DNA from: Vicinamibacterales bacterium
GTDB lineage: Bacteria > Acidobacteriota > Vicinamibacteria > Vicinamibacterales > SCN-69-37
Assembly (NCBI GenBank): GCA_046590915.1
Contig: JBKJTD010000202.1
Span: forward strand, 1 to 43,875
Length of the DNA stretch: 43,875 nt
Direction: 5' to 3'
Position 1 is the first letter of the stretch. Each line of letters begins with the position of its first letter. The notes beneath the pieces were generated by a model. It was given only the letters and a program-made list of their open reading frames with translations, was not told the DNA's origin and searched no databases. Shown here piece by piece: positions 8,158-16,832 of the stretch. The position numbers and the translations under genes were made by a program.

Positions 8158-9402
8158 GTGCGGACGTCTCGAGTGTTGGGTGTGGGCGCGCTGGTGGTGG
8201 TGGCTGCCGGCGCATGGTGGATGCTCCAGTCGCAGACGGATGATGCCGTGGATGTGACCACGGCGACGCTGGCGCGAGTGGAGGCGTTGCGGTCGTACGC
8301 CACCGCGTCGGGTGAAATTGTCGCGACCCGGTACGCCGATCTGGGGTCGTCGGTCATGGGGCGCGTGGTGTCCGTGAATGTGCGGGAGGGCGATCGCGTG
8401 CGTGTGGGACAGGTGCTCGCGCGGATCGATCCGGTGCAAGCCGAAAGTGCCGTCGCGTCTGCCTCCGCCGCACTACAGGCGCTTGAGTCGGAGGCCAGCG
8501 GTACGGACAAGTCCATCGCGGCTGCACAGGCAGACATCGACGTCGCCGTCGCGCGACAGACACAGGCCGGTCAGACTCTCGAGCGCGCGAAGAACCTGGC
8601 CGCCTCCGGCCTGGTCCCTAAGGCTGAACTCGACTCGGCCCAGGCGGCCGCAGATGCGGCGACCGCGCAGGTCGCAGCCGCACGCGCGGCCCTGGCGCGG
8701 GTGCAGCAGACGCGGGTCGCCGCCGGCCGCCGTGTTGCGCAGGGACGTGCCGAGCAGACACGTGTCGGCGATCAACTCGCCAAGACGAACATCACCGCGC
8801 CGATCGACGGTGTGATCACGCGGCTGGATGTGGAGGAAGGCGAGATGGTCGTGATGGGCGTCCAGAATCAGCCCGGCACCATTCTCATGACCATTTCCGA
8901 TCTGAGTTCGCTGAATGCGGAGGTCAAGGTGGCCGAGGCCGACGTCCTGCGTCTGGTGCTCGACCAACCCGGCGTCGTGACGCTCGACGCGTTGCCTGGG
9001 CGGCGATTCGACGGGCGCGTGGTGGAGATCGGCGCGAGCGCGTTGCCGCAGACCAGCGCCCAGGCGGCGGCGCGCGAGTTTCGCGTGACGGTGCGTCTCA
9101 CCGGCGACGTCTCTGCGCTGCGACCCGGACTGACGTGCGACACGGAAATTCTGGTCGCCGAACGCACGCAGGTGCTGGCGGCCCCCCTCCAGGCCGTGGT
9201 GCAGCGCGACGGGCGCAGCGGTGTATTTGTCGTCCGCGACGGCCGTGCGATCTTCACGCCGGTCACCACTGGCATCATCGGCGGCCTGACCATCGAAGTG
9301 GATGGGGTACCCGAAGGGGCCACGATCGTGACCGGTCCGTTCCAGCTCCTGCGTGAGCTGGCCGATGGCGCCCGTGTTGCGGAGACTTCGCGCCGGGACT
9401 GA
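8158..9402 (+). CDS. Periplasmic efflux adaptor (HlyD/MacA-type membrane fusion protein)
   Basis: TM anchor VLGVGALVVVAAGAWWML, an Ala/Gln-rich coiled-coil hairpin, lipoyl/beta-barrel motifs (VREGDRVRVGQVLARID, ITAPIDGVITRLDVEEGEMV). The GTG at 8158 is preceded by GAAGGTG. The start is uncertain. Confidence 0.8.
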   Translation: MRTSRVLGVGALVVVAAGAWWMLQSQTDDAVDVTTATLARVEALRSYATASGEIVATRYADLGSSVMGRVVSVNVREGDRVRVGQVLARIDPVQAESAVASASAALQALESEASGTDKSIAAAQADIDVAVARQTQAGQTLERAKNLAASGLVPKAELDSAQAAADAATAQVAAARAALARVQQTRVAAGRRVAQGRAEQTRVGDQLAKTNITAPIDGVITRLDVEEGEMVVMGVQNQPGTILMTISDLSSLNAEVKVAEADVLRLVLDQPGVVTLDALPGRRFDGRVVEIGASALPQTSAQAAAREFRVTVRLTGDVSALRPGLTCDTEILVAERTQVLAAPLQAVVQRDGRSGVFVVRDGRAIFTPVTTGIIGGLTIEVDGVPEGATIVTGPFQLLRELADGARVAETSRRD

Positions 9403-9411
9403 ATGCTCGAA

Positions 9412-12400
9412 CTATCGACCCTTGACCGCTTCCAGCTTCAGCCGTGTGGCTTCCGCATTGAACCCGGCAAGCTCCTTCGCGAGGATGCGCTCGAAGTTGT
9501 CGGTCAACACCTTGAGTTCGCCAGACAACGCTGTAAAAATCGGCAGCGCGTTGCCGATGGGTTTGCCATCGCCGCTGTTGATCATCGACATCAGCGACGC
9601 CAGCCGGTTGTTCACCTTGATCGGGAAGTTCAGGGGGTCTTGTCCGCTCTGATTCTTCACCTGGTAGATCTCGCCCTCCACTTCGCTGAGCGCCGCAACC
9701 AGGCTGTTGCCCATCGTCTTCAGCCGTGCATCAGGTGACTTGGACAATCGGTCCGAGACATCCGCTTTGATCCGGCGAATATCAATCACCGCCTGATTGG
9801 CTTCGCTGGTTTTGTCACGAATGCGAATCACCAGATCAAACTGCTCTTGCAGATCGGCGTCGGTGACATCGGTGTGCATGGGATGTTTCCTGACCTGGAA
9901 CGGCTGCGTCTGTGTGACACCATTGGCCGTCATCCGCACCTGATAGGTGCCCGGCGTCGCAAACGGTCCCTGCACGCCTCCGCCCCACAAAATCATGCCG
10001 GGGAAACTGGTCGCGGACGGGTAACGCAGATTCCACGTCACTCGCTGCATACCCTCCGCCATCGGGGCCATCGGGTTGCCACCACCTGCACGACCGCCGC
10101 CACCGCCGCGTCCCGCCGCCGGCGCCGCGCCACTGCCCCCGGACGCCCCTACAAACGTCTGTACGACCGCGCCGGTTGTGTCGATCACCTCAATGGTCAG
10201 ACTCTGCACCGCACCGGTGACCAGATACCCGATCGTCGCGCCTGCGGTCGATCGATACGCGGTCTCAGGTGCGAACAGGTACGCCGGCGCCGCAGCAGCC
10301 ACCGCAGGCGAGTACTGGCGGATCGGCGCAATGTCATCAAGCACGTAGAAGCCACGACCATGCGTCGAGATGACGAGATCGCGGTCCTCCACAATCAGGT
10401 CCGATACCTGCGTATTCGGCAGGTTCAATGACAACGGCAACCATGACCCGCCATCGTCATACGAAATGCGAACGCCCTCCTGGGTGCCCGCATACAGGAG
10501 ACCTCGACGCTTGGGGTCCTCTCGTACCGCGTGCACGTACTCGTCCGGATCGATGCCGTTGACGATCTTCGTCCATGTACGCCCGAAGTCATGCGTGCGA
10601 AAGATGTACGGCGAAAAGTCGTCGAGCAAGGGGCGCTTGACCGCCGCATACGCGGTGCCTGCGTCAAACGACGAAGCGTCGATGAGGCTGACGCGGCCGA
10701 ACTCCGGCATGGCAGGCGGCGTCACGTTTGTCCAGGTCTTGCCCCCGTCACGCGTCACATGAATCAGGCCATCGTCAGACCCGGCCCACAACACATTGGC
10801 GTCGGTCTTGCCGGGGGCCAACGTAAAGACCGTCGCGTACACCTCAGGCCCGTTCATGTCACCGGTGATTGGGCCGCCGGAGTGGCCCATGGTCTTCGGG
10901 TCGTGCCGAGACAAGTCGCCACTGATCCGGTCCCAGCTCTGACCGTTGTTCGTCGTGCGCCACACGTGTTGTGTGGCGGTGTACAACACACGTGGGTCGA
11001 CCGGCGAAAAGATGATCGGGAACGTCCACTGGATCCGCTCAACCAGGGCGCTTGCTGGCTCGCCTGAGAACATGCGCGGGTACGGGTGCACTTCACGCGA
11101 CTGGCCAGTGCGTCGATTGGTGTATTCGAGCCATCCACCGTTGACAGCGCCTGCGAAGAACACATCCGGGTCTTTCGGATCGGGCGCGATGTAGCCGGGC
11201 TCAAATCCGCCGGGGTTGTACATCTCCGGTGCGCCGCCGTCACGTCCGCCGGATGATTCGTTCGGGATGCACACCGTGTTGCCGTCCTGCTGCGCGCCAC
11301 AGACGTGATACGGCATGTGCTTGGTGGTGACGACGTGGTAGTACTGCGGTGTTGGAAAATCGCGTGACGTGAAGGGGTTGCCGCCGGTGTAGGTCACGGC
11401 GCCGCCGGTGTCACTGGCGTGCACAATGTGCTTCGGGTCACTGGGCTCGATCCACATGTCGTGGGAATCCCCGCCGGTGAAGCTGACCATGGTCTTGCCT
11501 CCGTCGGTAGACTTGAACGTGCCGACGTTGAGCACATACACCGTGTCGGCGTTGACCGGGTCTGCCGTGACATGCGTGTAGTAGAACGCGCGCTGGCGGA
11601 TGTTGCGCCCGCTGTTGACCAGCGTCCAGGTGGCGCCGGCGTCATCGGAACGGAACAGGCCGCCGTTAGCGTTTTCAATGACTGCGTAGACGCGGTTGGA
11701 GTTCGCAGGTGAGACGGACACGCCAACCCGGCCAATCATGCCCGACGGCAATCCAGGTCGACGCGTGAGTTCGGTCCATGTTTCACCGGCGTCGGTCGAC
11801 TTGAAGAGTCCGCTGCCTGGGCCGCCGCTCGACATCTGATACTCGACCCGGTAGGCCTCCCACATCGCCGCATAAATGACGCTGGAGTTATTGGGATCGA
11901 TGGAGATATCGATCGCCGCCGTCTTGGCGTCGCGGAAGAGCGTCCGCTTCCATGATTTGCCGCCGTCAATGCTCTTGTAGAAGCCGCGCTCGTCGTTCGG
12001 GGCGCCATGATGGCCGAATGCCGCCACATAAACGATGTCTGGATTTTTCGGGTCGATGCGAATCTTCGAGATGTTCTTGGCATCCCTGAAGCCGACATGG
12101 GCCCAGGTCTTGCCGGCGTCAGTGGATTTGTAGACGCCGTCACCCGACTGGATGTTGCCGCGGATACAGGTCTCGCCCATGCCGATGAAGACGATGTCCG
12201 GGTTGGTCTCGGAGACGGCGATGGCACCCACCGAGGCACTGCCGACGTGGCCGTCGGTGACAGGTGCCCAGGTCTGGCCGCGATCAATGGTCTTCCACAG
12301 CCCACCGCCCACAGCGCCGAAGTAGGCATGATCAGGGCGTCCGATCACGCCGGAGACCGCAAGCGACCGTCCGCCCCGATCGGGGCCGAGGCTGCGCCAC

Positions 12401-12552
12401 TGGAACATGCTCAGGTATGGGGGGAGGCCTGAGGCCGCCTGCTCGTCACCCGAGCGGCCGGCCAGCACTGGCAAAGAAAAGACACCGGCAAACACCAGGA
12501 CCAGCAGGATGCCGGCCACAAAAAGACGGGGACGACCGAGAGCGAGAGTCAT
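9412..12552 (-). CDS. Secreted BNR/Asp-box repeat protein (sortilin/VPS10- or GH74-like double beta-propeller) with a C-terminal extension
   Basis: At least 8 Asp-boxes, including STDAGKTW, SIDGGKSW, STDAGETW, SDDAGATW, STDGGKTM, TRDGGKTW, THDFGRTW and YDDGGSW. Signal/TM segment LFVAGILLVLVFAGVF. The ATG at 12550-12552 is preceded by GGAGGA. Confidence 0.8.
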   Translation of the reverse strand: MTLALGRPRLFVAGILLVLVFAGVFSLPVLAGRSGDEQAASGLPPYLSMFQWRSLGPDRGGRSLAVSGVIGRPDHAYFGAVGGGLWKTIDRGQTWAPVTDGHVGSASVGAIAVSETNPDIVFIGMGETCIRGNIQSGDGVYKSTDAGKTWAHVGFRDAKNISKIRIDPKNPDIVYVAAFGHHGAPNDERGFYKSIDGGKSWKRTLFRDAKTAAIDISIDPNNSSVIYAAMWEAYRVEYQMSSGGPGSGLFKSTDAGETWTELTRRPGLPSGMIGRVGVSVSPANSNRVYAVIENANGGLFRSDDAGATWTLVNSGRNIRQRAFYYTHVTADPVNADTVYVLNVGTFKSTDGGKTMVSFTGGDSHDMWIEPSDPKHIVHASDTGGAVTYTGGNPFTSRDFPTPQYYHVVTTKHMPYHVCGAQQDGNTVCIPNESSGGRDGGAPEMYNPGGFEPGYIAPDPKDPDVFFAGAVNGGWLEYTNRRTGQSREVHPYPRMFSGEPASALVERIQWTFPIIFSPVDPRVLYTATQHVWRTTNNGQSWDRISGDLSRHDPKTMGHSGGPITGDMNGPEVYATVFTLAPGKTDANVLWAGSDDGLIHVTRDGGKTWTNVTPPAMPEFGRVSLIDASSFDAGTAYAAVKRPLLDDFSPYIFRTHDFGRTWTKIVNGIDPDEYVHAVREDPKRRGLLYAGTQEGVRISYDDGGSWLPLSLNLPNTQVSDLIVEDRDLVISTHGRGFYVLDDIAPIRQYSPAVAAAAPAYLFAPETAYRSTAGATIGYLVTGAVQSLTIEVIDTTGAVVQTFVGASGGSGAAPAAGRGGGGGRAGGGNPMAPMAEGMQRVTWNLRYPSATSFPGMILWGGGVQGPFATPGTYQVRMTANGVTQTQPFQVRKHPMHTDVTDADLQEQFDLVIRIRDKTSEANQAVIDIRRIKADVSDRLSKSPDARLKTMGNSLVAALSEVEGEIYQVKNQSGQDPLNFPIKVNNRLASLMSMINSGDGKPIGNALPIFTALSGELKVLTDNFERILAKELAGFNAEATRLKLEAVKGR

Positions 12553-12678
12553 AAAGATGTTCCTCCAACAGACGTAGAGGAGCATAGCGGATACGGTCGT
12601 AATCCACGCCATTCGTCGGTCCATGAGGCCGTGAGGCCGGCCGCAGGACGTCCGAAGGGCGTGGATTCGTGCGCGTTG

Positions 12679-13227
12679 TTACTTGGGCATCAATACGGTG
12701 TCGATCACGTGGATGACGCCGTTCGACTGGTTCACATCAGCAATGGTCACCTTCGCCGTGCCGCCTTTTTCGTCGGTCAGGATCAGGTCGCTGCCCTTCA
12801 TCGACGCCCACAGCTTGCCACCGGCGACCGTCTTGATCTCGGCCTTGCCTTTGCCGTCCTTGATCAACTTGGCCACACCGGCCGCGTCCCACTTGCCCGC
12901 GACCACGTGATAGGTCAGGATGCCCGTCAGCGTCGCCTTGTTTTCTGGCTTCACCAGCGTGTCGACCGTACCGGCCGGCAGCTTCGCAAACGCCGCATTG
13001 GTCGGCGCAAACACGGTGAACGGGCCTTTGCCGCTCAGGGTCTCCACCAGCCCGGCGGCCTTGACTGCCGCCACCAGCGTGGTGTGATCCTTCGAATTCA
13101 CGGCGTTTTCAATGATGTTCTTCGTCGGGAACATCTCTGCGCCGCCAACCATCTTCGTTCCCATCTGGGCGCTCAGCGCCGCCGACACTACCATGACCGC
13201 CGCAGCGGTAATTGCTCGTACTTTCAT
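12679..13227 (-). CDS. Secreted fasciclin (FAS1) domain protein
   Basis: Motifs FTVFAPTNAAFAKLP, LTYHVV and NGVIHVIDTVLMPK. Signal peptide present. AAGGAGA ribosome-binding site upstream. Confidence 0.9.
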   Translation of the reverse strand: MKVRAITAAAVMVVSAALSAQMGTKMVGGAEMFPTKNIIENAVNSKDHTTLVAAVKAAGLVETLSGKGPFTVFAPTNAAFAKLPAGTVDTLVKPENKATLTGILTYHVVAGKWDAAGVAKLIKDGKGKAEIKTVAGGKLWASMKGSDLILTDEKGGTAKVTIADVNQSNGVIHVIDTVLMPK

Positions 13228-13320
13228 TTGGTCTCCTTGGAAGGCGTTTCGTCGCCCATTCTTGGATGTCTACGGCCGCCCAAGCGAACTGGATGGCGCC
13301 TCCGCTACAATGGCGGCGCC

Positions 13321-14937
13321 ATGGCCATGTCCAAACGCTCAGTCGCCGTCGTCCTGCCACTCCTGTTTGCGTCGGCCCTGATGGCTGCGCAACAGCAGCC
13401 TCCCGCACCGGCTCGTGTCGGCGGCATCGTTCCCGCGCCTGACCGGCGTCCAGATGAAGGGGTGGGACCCTTCCAGACGATGGTGATTCGAGGGGTGACG
13501 ATTATCGACGGCACCGGTGCGCCGCCGTTTGGACCAATGGATGTGGTGGTCGAGAACAACCGCATCGCCGCCATTCGGAGCGCGGGCACGCCAGGCATGC
13601 CGCTGCAGGCCAACCGGCCCCCGAAGGCACAGCACGAGATCGACGGCACGGGCATGTATCTCATGCCGGGTTTTGTGAACCTCCACATGCACGTGGGCGG
13701 CACGCCGAAATCGCCCGAAGCCGAATACACCTTCAAGTTGTGGATGGCGCATGGCGTGACGGCCGGCCGTGGCGTCGAACTCGGCCCGCAGGCCTACGCC
13801 GCGCCTGAGAAGGTCCGCGCCAACAGCAACGCGATCGTTGCTCCCCGCATCTTCAACTATCAGCGTCCCGGCGCCGGATGGACGCGTGGTTCAGTCACCA
13901 CACCTGAGATGGCGCGTGAGTGGGTGCGCTGGTGCAAGGAGAACGGCATCGACGGGATGAAACTCGTCTCGTACCCGCCGGCGATCATGGCGGCGCTGCT
14001 CGACGAAGCGAAGAAGCTCGGCCTGGGCTCCACCGCACACCTGGAACAGCGCGGCGTCGCGCAGATGAACGCGCTGACGGCCGCCAAGATGGGTCTGGGC
14101 ACGGTGACGCATTTCTACGGCCACTTCGAGGCGTTGCTCAAGGACTACGAGATCCAGCCCTGGCCGGCGCAGATGAACTACAACGACGAGTACTTCCGCT
14201 TTTCGCAGGTGGCTCGTCTGCACGACAAGATCTACGAGCCGGGCTCACCGCAGTGGAACGACTACCTCGCGGAGCACATCAAACTCGGCACCGTCTTCGA
14301 TCCAACGATGACTGCATATGCGGCAGGTCGCGACGTCATGCGCATGCGAAACGCGGACTGGCACGACAAGTACACGCTGCCCACGCTTCACGACTTCTAT
14401 CGTCCCGACCGCAACAATCACGGGTCCTACTTCTTCGACTGGACGCTCGACGATGAGATTCAGTGGCGCAAGTTCTACCAGGTCTGGTTCCGCCTGCTCA
14501 ACGACTACAAAAAAATGGGCGGCCGTGTCACAGCGAGCGACGATGCCGCGTTCATTTACAACACGTGGGGTTTTGGTTACATCCACGAGCTGGAGTTGAT
14601 GCAGGAGGCGGGTTTCCATCCGCTCGAAGTCATCCGCGGCGCCACGATGCACGCGGCGCAGGCGCTGCATGAACCTATGGGAAAAGAGATCGAATTCGGC
14701 ATCATCCGCGCCGGCATGCTCGCGGACATGGTGCTGGTCGATCAGAACCCGCTGCAGAACCTGAAGGTGCTGTACGGGACCGGCGCCGTACGGCTCAACG
14801 ATGCGACCAATCAGATCGATCGCGTCGGCGGCATCACGTGGACAATCAAAGACGGCATCGTCTACGACGCCAAAAAGATGCTCGCGGACGTGGCGGCGAT
14901 GGTCGAAAAACAGAAGAAAGAACGCGCTTCGCGCTGA
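13321..14937 (+). CDS. Secreted amidohydrolase-superfamily metallo-hydrolase
   Basis: Signal peptide MAMSKRSVAVVLPLLFASALMAA. HxH metal motif FVNLHMHVGG. C-terminal segment AGMLADMVLVDQNPL is typical of the family. Confidence 0.8.
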   Translation: MAMSKRSVAVVLPLLFASALMAAQQQPPAPARVGGIVPAPDRRPDEGVGPFQTMVIRGVTIIDGTGAPPFGPMDVVVENNRIAAIRSAGTPGMPLQANRPPKAQHEIDGTGMYLMPGFVNLHMHVGGTPKSPEAEYTFKLWMAHGVTAGRGVELGPQAYAAPEKVRANSNAIVAPRIFNYQRPGAGWTRGSVTTPEMAREWVRWCKENGIDGMKLVSYPPAIMAALLDEAKKLGLGSTAHLEQRGVAQMNALTAAKMGLGTVTHFYGHFEALLKDYEIQPWPAQMNYNDEYFRFSQVARLHDKIYEPGSPQWNDYLAEHIKLGTVFDPTMTAYAAGRDVMRMRNADWHDKYTLPTLHDFYRPDRNNHGSYFFDWTLDDEIQWRKFYQVWFRLLNDYKKMGGRVTASDDAAFIYNTWGFGYIHELELMQEAGFHPLEVIRGATMHAAQALHEPMGKEIEFGIIRAGMLADMVLVDQNPLQNLKVLYGTGAVRLNDATNQIDRVGGITWTIKDGIVYDAKKMLADVAAMVEKQKKERASR

Positions 14938-14972
14938 CGTTCACACGAGGTATGCAGGCGTGCAGTCACCTC

Positions 14973-15190
14973 CACCATGATGGTCATGAAGACCATGATG
15001 GGCGAGGGGTTGAATGCCGCCTGCGGCGGCATCGTGACAGGAGTGAGACGGGGAATGAATGCTCCGCTGGATGGCTTGAGGAGTATTCATTCCCCGTCTC
15101 ATTCCTGTCACGCGGCCCGGCGAAGCCGGGCCTTCAACCCCGATCGTCTGACGCGCATTTCTTCATGGATCCTCATGGATCTTCATGGTG
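14973..15190. repeat. 218-nt imperfect palindrome: 31-bp hairpin plus two small hairpins closed by a 9-bp stem (four-way junction), flanked by tandem 9-mers and 10-mers
   Basis: Pairings were checked base by base and are listed in the findings. My transcription was verified by translating the overlapping ORF-track entry 14977..15249. Confidence 0.85.
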
Positions 15191-15209
15191 AAAGACGCAC
15201 CGGTCCGAC

Positions 15210-16001
15210 TTATTTTCCCGCCAGTTCCCGAACCCAGATGTTCCGATAGCGCACTGGATTGGAGTGATCCTGCAGACGAATGGGTCCGCGCACTGAGGCG
15301 GGCACATATTTACCGACAATGCGATGTGCGGTTGGGCCCAAGAAAGGGCGGGCGTTGTGCACCAGAACGCCGTTGTGCAACATGGTGACGACCGCTGGTG
15401 ATTTGAGCGTGTCTGCCTCGTACCGAGGTGCGGTGAACGTGATGTCGTACGCCTGCCATTCCCCAGGCGGCCGCGAGGCGTTGACCAGCGGCGGGAACTG
15501 CCCATACATCGCGGCGGCCTGACCGTCCGGATACGTCGGGTTGTTGTCACTGTCGAGCACCTGAATCTCGAAGAGGCCTGCGAGATACACGCCGCTGTTG
15601 CCGCGGCCCTGGCCTTCCCCGCGCACCTGCGTCGGAGTCGCGAACTCGACGTGCAGTTGCACATCGCCAAACGAAGCCTCGGTCTCGATCGTGCCTTTCC
15701 CGGTCTGCGCGATGCCGTCTTCCACCGCCCATGTCACCGGTCCGCCGCCCACCTGTTGCCAGGCCGACATATCTCCGCTGGGCCCCAGCAGGATGGTCGC
15801 ATCAGAGGGCGGCGCGGCTACTCCTGCCCACGGCCCCGGTGTGACGACGGTCGGCTGCGGCCGGTTGCCATCGTGAACGCGCCACACCCCATCGGGCTGC
15901 ATCGGTGTGTCGTCGTATCCGAGCTTGGGCTGCTGGGTCATCACCACCGCCGACGCCAGCGAAGCGACAACAAGCACACTCACAGCCTTGAACTGACGCA
16001 T
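15210..16001 (-). CDS. Secreted DUF1080 / 3-keto-disaccharide-hydrolase-like (LamG-type jelly-roll) protein
   Basis: Family-typical motifs GNSGVYL, FEIQVLD, AAMYGQ and PIRLQDHSNPVRYRNIWVREL. Signal peptide MRQFKAVSVLVVASLASAVV. Confidence 0.75.
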   Translation of the reverse strand: MRQFKAVSVLVVASLASAVVMTQQPKLGYDDTPMQPDGVWRVHDGNRPQPTVVTPGPWAGVAAPPSDATILLGPSGDMSAWQQVGGGPVTWAVEDGIAQTGKGTIETEASFGDVQLHVEFATPTQVRGEGQGRGNSGVYLAGLFEIQVLDSDNNPTYPDGQAAAMYGQFPPLVNASRPPGEWQAYDITFTAPRYEADTLKSPAVVTMLHNGVLVHNARPFLGPTAHRIVGKYVPASVRGPIRLQDHSNPVRYRNIWVRELAGK

Positions 16002-16028
16002 GGCGAGTCCTCCAAGGGCGTAGTCTCT

Positions 16029-16038
16029 CCCTATAATC
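16029..16038 (+). promoter_or_regulatory. Candidate -10 region CCCTATAATC (TATAAT at 16032-16037) upstream of rsmE
   Basis: Perfect TATAAT 17 nt before the TTG start. The identical 10-mer recurs at 36457-36466 upstream of tricorn copy 2. Confidence 0.3.
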
Positions 16039-16054
16039 AATCCAGATCAACACC

Positions 16055-16786
16055 TTGAATCTCATCCTCTTCGACGCCGACGACATTCGGGCCGATGCCA
16101 CGGTCACCGCCACAGGCGTGCAGGCCAGGCATCTCGTACGCGTCCTGAAGGTTACGCGAGGGCAGCACGTGCGGGTTGGGGTGGTGGATGGTCCCATGGG
16201 CATCGGAACGGTCACCGCCATCGGCGACGGCCACGTCACCATGACGTGCGCGCTCGAACCCTCTGCACCCCAGCGCCCGCGTGTCGATCTGTTACTGGCC
16301 CTGCCACGCCCGAAGGTGATGCGACGGTTGTGGGCACAGCTGTCGGCGCTGGGGGTCGGTCAGGTGATCCTGACGAACGCGGAGAAGGTCGAACGCGACT
16401 ACTTCGATACCCATCTGCTCCGGCCGGAAGGCTATCGCCCGCTGCTCCTCGAAGGACTGCAGCAGGCACGCGACACACGGGTCCCCGTCGTCTCGGTCCA
16501 CAAGCAGTTCCGAAAACTCATCGAATCAGACCTTGATGACCTCTTCCCCGCCGGCCACCGCATCGTCGCCCACCCGGGAGGCGAGAAATCGATCAGCGCA
16601 GCTCTCGGGAATACACCTGGTCGGGTGCTTCTGGCCGTCGGGCCAGAGGGAGGCTGGAACGACTTCGAGCATTCACTTCTCCAATCCCACGGATTCACAC
16701 CGGTCACGATGGGGCCACGCACGTTGACGACGACCACGGCGTGTATTGCGTTGCTGGCGTTGGCGCACTCGCGACAGACGGGCTGA
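16055..16786 (+). CDS. rsmE: 16S rRNA (uracil1498-N3)-methyltransferase
   Basis: N-terminal PUA-like segment HLVRVLKVTRGQHVRV. SPOUT knot motifs LLLALPRPK and LAVGPEGGW. 243 aa. TTG start. Confidence 0.85.
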   Translation: MNLILFDADDIRADATVTATGVQARHLVRVLKVTRGQHVRVGVVDGPMGIGTVTAIGDGHVTMTCALEPSAPQRPRVDLLLALPRPKVMRRLWAQLSALGVGQVILTNAEKVERDYFDTHLLRPEGYRPLLLEGLQQARDTRVPVVSVHKQFRKLIESDLDDLFPAGHRIVAHPGGEKSISAALGNTPGRVLLAVGPEGGWNDFEHSLLQSHGFTPVTMGPRTLTTTTACIALLALAHSRQTG

Positions 16787-16832
16787 AGCCCCTCTGCTCC
16801 GAAATCCAATCCGGTAGGATAGAGGGCGCGCA

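Noticed and set aside
14973-15190. The four-way junction as a tRNA-like gene, a retron msr/msd or a transposon-associated guide (omega) RNA.
   Set aside because: The arm lengths (9, 7, 31 and 7 bp) do not fit a tRNA. There is no reverse transcriptase, TnpB/IscB or transposase gene anywhere in the window.
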